Shown here piece by piece: positions 60,612 to 64,000 of a DNA stretch of 64,000 nt. The stretch is taken from IMG/VR virus record IMGVR_UViG_3300046170_000173; one strand, 5' to 3'. This DNA comes from a virus. The notes under the pieces are model-generated. The model saw only the letters and a list, made by a program, of their open reading frames with translations. It was not told the DNA's origin and made no database searches. The number at the start of each line of letters is the position of its first letter. Within the stretch, counting starts at the first letter, position 1. The position numbers and the translations under genes were made by a program.

Positions 60612-60644
60612 GGTTACATAAATTGATGAGAGAGAGAAATTGAT

Positions 60645-61616
60645 ATGACCATTCCAAACATCCGATTAGTAGAAAGTCAGTATTGCGCTCCAGAATATGA
60701 TGGTTGTGAAATCATCGCTGCCGGTTGGGTCTCTATTGATGATATCCACCGTGGTCCTAACTGGGCTCGTGCCGGTGATTATGACGAAGAGAAAGTTAAC
60801 GAATTCCGAGAGATGATTGAGACTGGGTACTACATGCCCTATGCTCATGAAGCCCCTGTCACTGAGTACGTCAATGGAAAGTTTGTCCTTTCTATGGGGA
60901 ACCATCGGCATCAAGGTCACCTTCGAGCCAACCAAGAAGAGATGTTTGTTTGCGTCGTGAACTGGAGAGACGAAGAGTCTAAACAGGTTGCAATGTCATG
61001 TGAGAACGGTAACATTTCTCCTCGTTACACTAAGAACTACCGAACTGTTGCTGACATTGTTCAGAGTGCTTCTAAGATCTTGAACATTCGAATGGTTAAC
61101 GGTACGATCTCTAAGATCAACGAAGAATCGATTGACGATGTCCTCAAGACGTTGAAAGTCACTCAGAAGGAAGGTCTCGTTGAGGTACACTCATCTCTGA
61201 TGGCAGATCATCACGTGCGACAAGGCGTTAAGAAGTATTCTCAAGATTGCATTGAAGATTATGTATCTAGTAACTCAGATCTCTTCGGAGACTCTCTAGT
61301 GGTTCCTCAATTGTTCCGTGACAAGGCCAGTAAGGCAGGTTATCGTGCGTTAGTTAACATGTCTCTGTCGTGTCTCGATTTGATAGAGTCTGGTCAAGAC
61401 CTTCCAGAGGTCTTGAGGGTCGCCGGAGCTTTCACTAATGTTACTGAGAAGAATCTTACTTCTGCCCGTGCCGCTGCGCGTGAAGATCTAGTTCGTCAAC
61501 ATCGAGTTCTTCAACGATTAGGTACTTTCTTGACTTCTGAACAGTTTGTAGTTCCTGAACTCCACGAAGTTCCTCAGTTACATGGTGTTGAGCTTGACGA
61601 TACTGTTGTTGCATAA
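60645..61616 (+). CDS. Hypothetical protein with ParB/Srx-like N-terminal domain
   Basis: APV....GKFVLSMGNHRHQG motif. Confidence 0.55.
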   Translation: MTIPNIRLVESQYCAPEYDGCEIIAAGWVSIDDIHRGPNWARAGDYDEEKVNEFREMIETGYYMPYAHEAPVTEYVNGKFVLSMGNHRHQGHLRANQEEMFVCVVNWRDEESKQVAMSCENGNISPRYTKNYRTVADIVQSASKILNIRMVNGTISKINEESIDDVLKTLKVTQKEGLVEVHSSLMADHHVRQGVKKYSQDCIEDYVSSNSDLFGDSLVVPQLFRDKASKAGYRALVNMSLSCLDLIESGQDLPEVLRVAGAFTNVTEKNLTSARAAAREDLVRQHRVLQRLGTFLTSEQFVVPELHEVPQLHGVELDDTVVA

Positions 61617-61689
61617 TGTGAATATTTACACTTGACTTTTTCTCAAATAGAGTTATAATGAAAGTGTAAATTGAGTTGAGGGATTGAAT

Positions 61690-62223
61690 ATGATGACAAA
61701 ACGAGATCGAACATTCTATACTGTATTTTGTGCCATGCGAGGCCTCTACGAAGATTGGAAAGACGATAGTCAGATGATATGTCGTCGAACCATCACTCGT
61801 TTTTTCTACGAGGGAGTGGCCAACATATCTACCGGATACGTGTCTGTCGCTGCCAAGAATGCGAAGTCAGGCGAGAGAACTCAAGATCATTTTGCTGGTC
61901 CTCAATGGATCGGCCGGTTCATTATGGATAATGGTCATATCTACTTGGAAGATTTCATTAAGTTCAAGAAGATTGCAGAGTTTGCATCACAGACTATTAC
62001 TGTAACTAAGAAAGAGAATACTATACTTCGAGATCAGACTTCTGTTATTTCTGACATCGATGGAGTTTCGGTCTTCATCGAAACCCCCATGTTAGAGAAA
62101 TATAAAGAGGCAGGTATTGTTTTAACACATAAAGAGTTCGAGAAGCAACCCGCACATAAGTGGGGTTTTCCTCTCGAAGTTCCTAGAGAGCTTTTAGATT
62201 ATGAGTCGAAGTTTTTACGTTGA
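61690..62223 (+). CDS. Hypothetical protein
   Basis: Own promoter TTGACT-16-TATAAT at 61632-61659; TQDH...TITVTKKEN. Confidence 0.6.
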   Translation: MMTKRDRTFYTVFCAMRGLYEDWKDDSQMICRRTITRFFYEGVANISTGYVSVAAKNAKSGERTQDHFAGPQWIGRFIMDNGHIYLEDFIKFKKIAEFASQTITVTKKENTILRDQTSVISDIDGVSVFIETPMLEKYKEAGIVLTHKEFEKQPAHKWGFPLEVPRELLDYESKFLR

Positions 62224-62249
62224 CAGATACGCTAAGTTTGTAGTATAAT
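62220..62249 (+). promoter_or_regulatory. Sigma70-type promoter for the primase-like gene
   Basis: TTGACA-18-TATAAT, 7 nt before ATG 62257. Confidence 0.65.
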
Positions 62250-62256
62250 ACGTCCC

Positions 62257-63201
62257 ATGTATGAACTAACTCTATTCAAAAATCAGTTTGATAATAAGAC
62301 ACATCGACGAACCACCTTCTTTAATTGGTTGGACTTCGTGGTGTGTCTTCGTGATTCCTACACAAAGCCGGGAGAAAAAGGTGGACCCAATAGTTCTCCT
62401 CTTCTTACTCCTGCTGTGTTCGACGTGGGTTCGACGCGTAGTAACAAATCTGTTCTTTATTGGAGTCCTTGGTGTTGCGTTGACGTGGATGACCCTATTG
62501 ACGGCTGCGGTGATATTGAGTCCCTAAGAACGTGGTTGAACCGCAAGTACGGTCAGTATGACTATGTCGTCTACAACACAGCAAGCAGTTCAGAAGAGCA
62601 TTTAAAGTTTCGAATCATATTCCGTCTCGACGAACAGATCGAGAACAATCGCATCAAGGCGTTCTGGCACGCTCTCAATACCGAACTGGGTGAACTGGGA
62701 GATCCGCAGACCAAAGACCTCGCGCGTATGTATTACGTACCCGCGCAATATCCTAATGCCTACTCGTTCTTTATGGTCAACTCTGGAGGGTCTGCACTTA
62801 ATGTTTCTGAGTTGATCGCGAAGCATCCCTACGTCGAAAAGACAGGTAATTCTTTCCTAGATAGATTACCACCAGAAATGCAGAAGGCGGTAATTGAACA
62901 TCGTAAAAATGGACTAAATAACACCGACTACCGATGGACATCTTATCGGGATTGTCCTTTCTGGCCAAAGAAAATGGGTGCAGAATATCAGACGATTTCT
63001 GGGACAGGTTGGTATTCAAAGATTTATGCGATCATGGTCGCAATCGCAGGGAACGCATACTCGCGAGGGTATCCGATCACTGCAAAACAAATAGAAGAAC
63101 TTTGTAGAGAGTTCGACCGCGAAACGGGTAACTGGTATGGTAATAGACCACTGCATGTGGAGGCGGATCGCGCACTAGAATATGTTTATAGGAATGGATA
63201 A
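62257..63201 (+). CDS. AEP/PrimPol-like primase
   Basis: VDVDD catalytic motif, YNTASS....KFRIIF, DPQTKDLARMYYVP; helical C-terminal domain. Confidence 0.7.
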   Translation: MYELTLFKNQFDNKTHRRTTFFNWLDFVVCLRDSYTKPGEKGGPNSSPLLTPAVFDVGSTRSNKSVLYWSPWCCVDVDDPIDGCGDIESLRTWLNRKYGQYDYVVYNTASSSEEHLKFRIIFRLDEQIENNRIKAFWHALNTELGELGDPQTKDLARMYYVPAQYPNAYSFFMVNSGGSALNVSELIAKHPYVEKTGNSFLDRLPPEMQKAVIEHRKNGLNNTDYRWTSYRDCPFWPKKMGAEYQTISGTGWYSKIYAIMVAIAGNAYSRGYPITAKQIEELCREFDRETGNWYGNRPLHVEADRALEYVYRNG

Positions 63202-64000
63202 ATGGAACGTGTTTTGATTACAGGAGCTGCGGGTTTTATTGGGTCGCAGCTCATGAACCGATTGAGAAACAGAGGTCTTGACGTTATCGGTCTGGATAAC
63301 TTTAATAGTCACCTCTATGACCCAAAACTGAAAAGAGATCGAGTCAAAAACTTTGATCTAAATGTCTATAATTGTGACCTTCGTGATGACATCAAGTTAG
63401 AAGGTTTGTTACGAGATTTTCAACCAGACACAATTGTTCACCTCGCCGCAATGGCTGGTGTGCGTGACTCTCTGGGTAAAGAGAAGAGTTATCACGCGAA
63501 CAACATTGACGCAACCCAGAATTTAATTGACCTTTGTAAGAGATACCTACCGGACGTTCGTATCGTTTACGCATCTACTTCATGCGTATACGCGGGATCC
63601 CCAGTGCCGTGGGTTGAAGGTAAAGAGACAGGTAAACAACTTAATGCATATGGGTATACCAAGTGGGCCAACGAGTGTCAAATGCAGTCCTCTACTCTAA
63701 ACACCACAGGTCTACGTTTCTTCACGGTCTACGGACCTTGGGGTCGACCGGACATGGCGTTGTTTGACTTCACCAAGAATATCCTTGCGGGTAATGAGAT
63801 CACCGTCTACAACTATGGTGATATGAAACGCGACTTTACCTATGTCGACGACATCAATGACGGCATTGAGATCGTCCTAGATAATGACATCCCGTCCGGT
63901 GAGATCTTCAACATCGGACGTGGAGAACAGGTCGCTTTGATGGACTTTATTTCGGAGATTGAGAAGAACACAGGTAAGGACGCGGATAAGAATCTTGCTC
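63202..64000 (+). CDS. NAD-dependent nucleotide-sugar epimerase (UDP-glucuronate 4-epimerase-like), 3'-truncated
   Basis: Read directly: VLITGAAGFIG, HLAAMAGVR, YGYTK (YxxxK), LRFFTVYGPWGRPDMA, RDFTYVDDI; no stop before the window end. Confidence 0.9.
   Translation, partial: MERVLITGAAGFIGSQLMNRLRNRGLDVIGLDNFNSHLYDPKLKRDRVKNFDLNVYNCDLRDDIKLEGLLRDFQPDTIVHLAAMAGVRDSLGKEKSYHANNIDATQNLIDLCKRYLPDVRIVYASTSCVYAGSPVPWVEGKETGKQLNAYGYTKWANECQMQSSTLNTTGLRFFTVYGPWGRPDMALFDFTKNILAGNEITVYNYGDMKRDFTYVDDINDGIEIVLDNDIPSGEIFNIGRGEQVALMDFISEIEKNTGKDADKNLA

Overview
A 64-kb segment of a T4-like (Tevenvirinae/Kyanoviridae-style gene order) myophage genome, almost entirely coded on the + strand. It is probably marine and probably infects a heterotrophic bacterium (inference: an AOX and no photosynthesis genes in this window). 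Order: tail/baseplate/fibre block (1-27.7 kb); neck-terminase-sheath-tube-portal-head block gp13-gp23 and gp3 (27.8-40.2 kb); recombination/replication block uvsY, uvsW, gp55, gp47, gp46, gp45, gp44, gp62, regA, hsp20, gp43 (40.8-56.6 kb) with inserted accessory genes (TagD-like, tRNA-Thr, alternative oxidase, 2OG-Fe oxygenases, glycosyltransferase); then an early/accessory region with an HNH gene, a C5-cytosine MTase-CmoA pair, an AEP-type primase and a sugar epimerase. The top finding is the 1628-aa late protein at 10320-15206. Its two 627-residue repeat arms are mirror-complementary at the amino-acid level in one gapless register (i+j=1873) around an 84-aa tip domain, which points to a giant antiparallel beta-hairpin fibre with a residue pairing code. 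A glycosyltransferase-like gene and an oxygenase-like gene follow it. The second finding is a C5-MTase with Arg replacing the motif-X Asn, next to a CmoA-like gene, which predicts DNA cytosine carboxymethylation. All calls come from reading the sequence and recalling family motifs; no searches were run.
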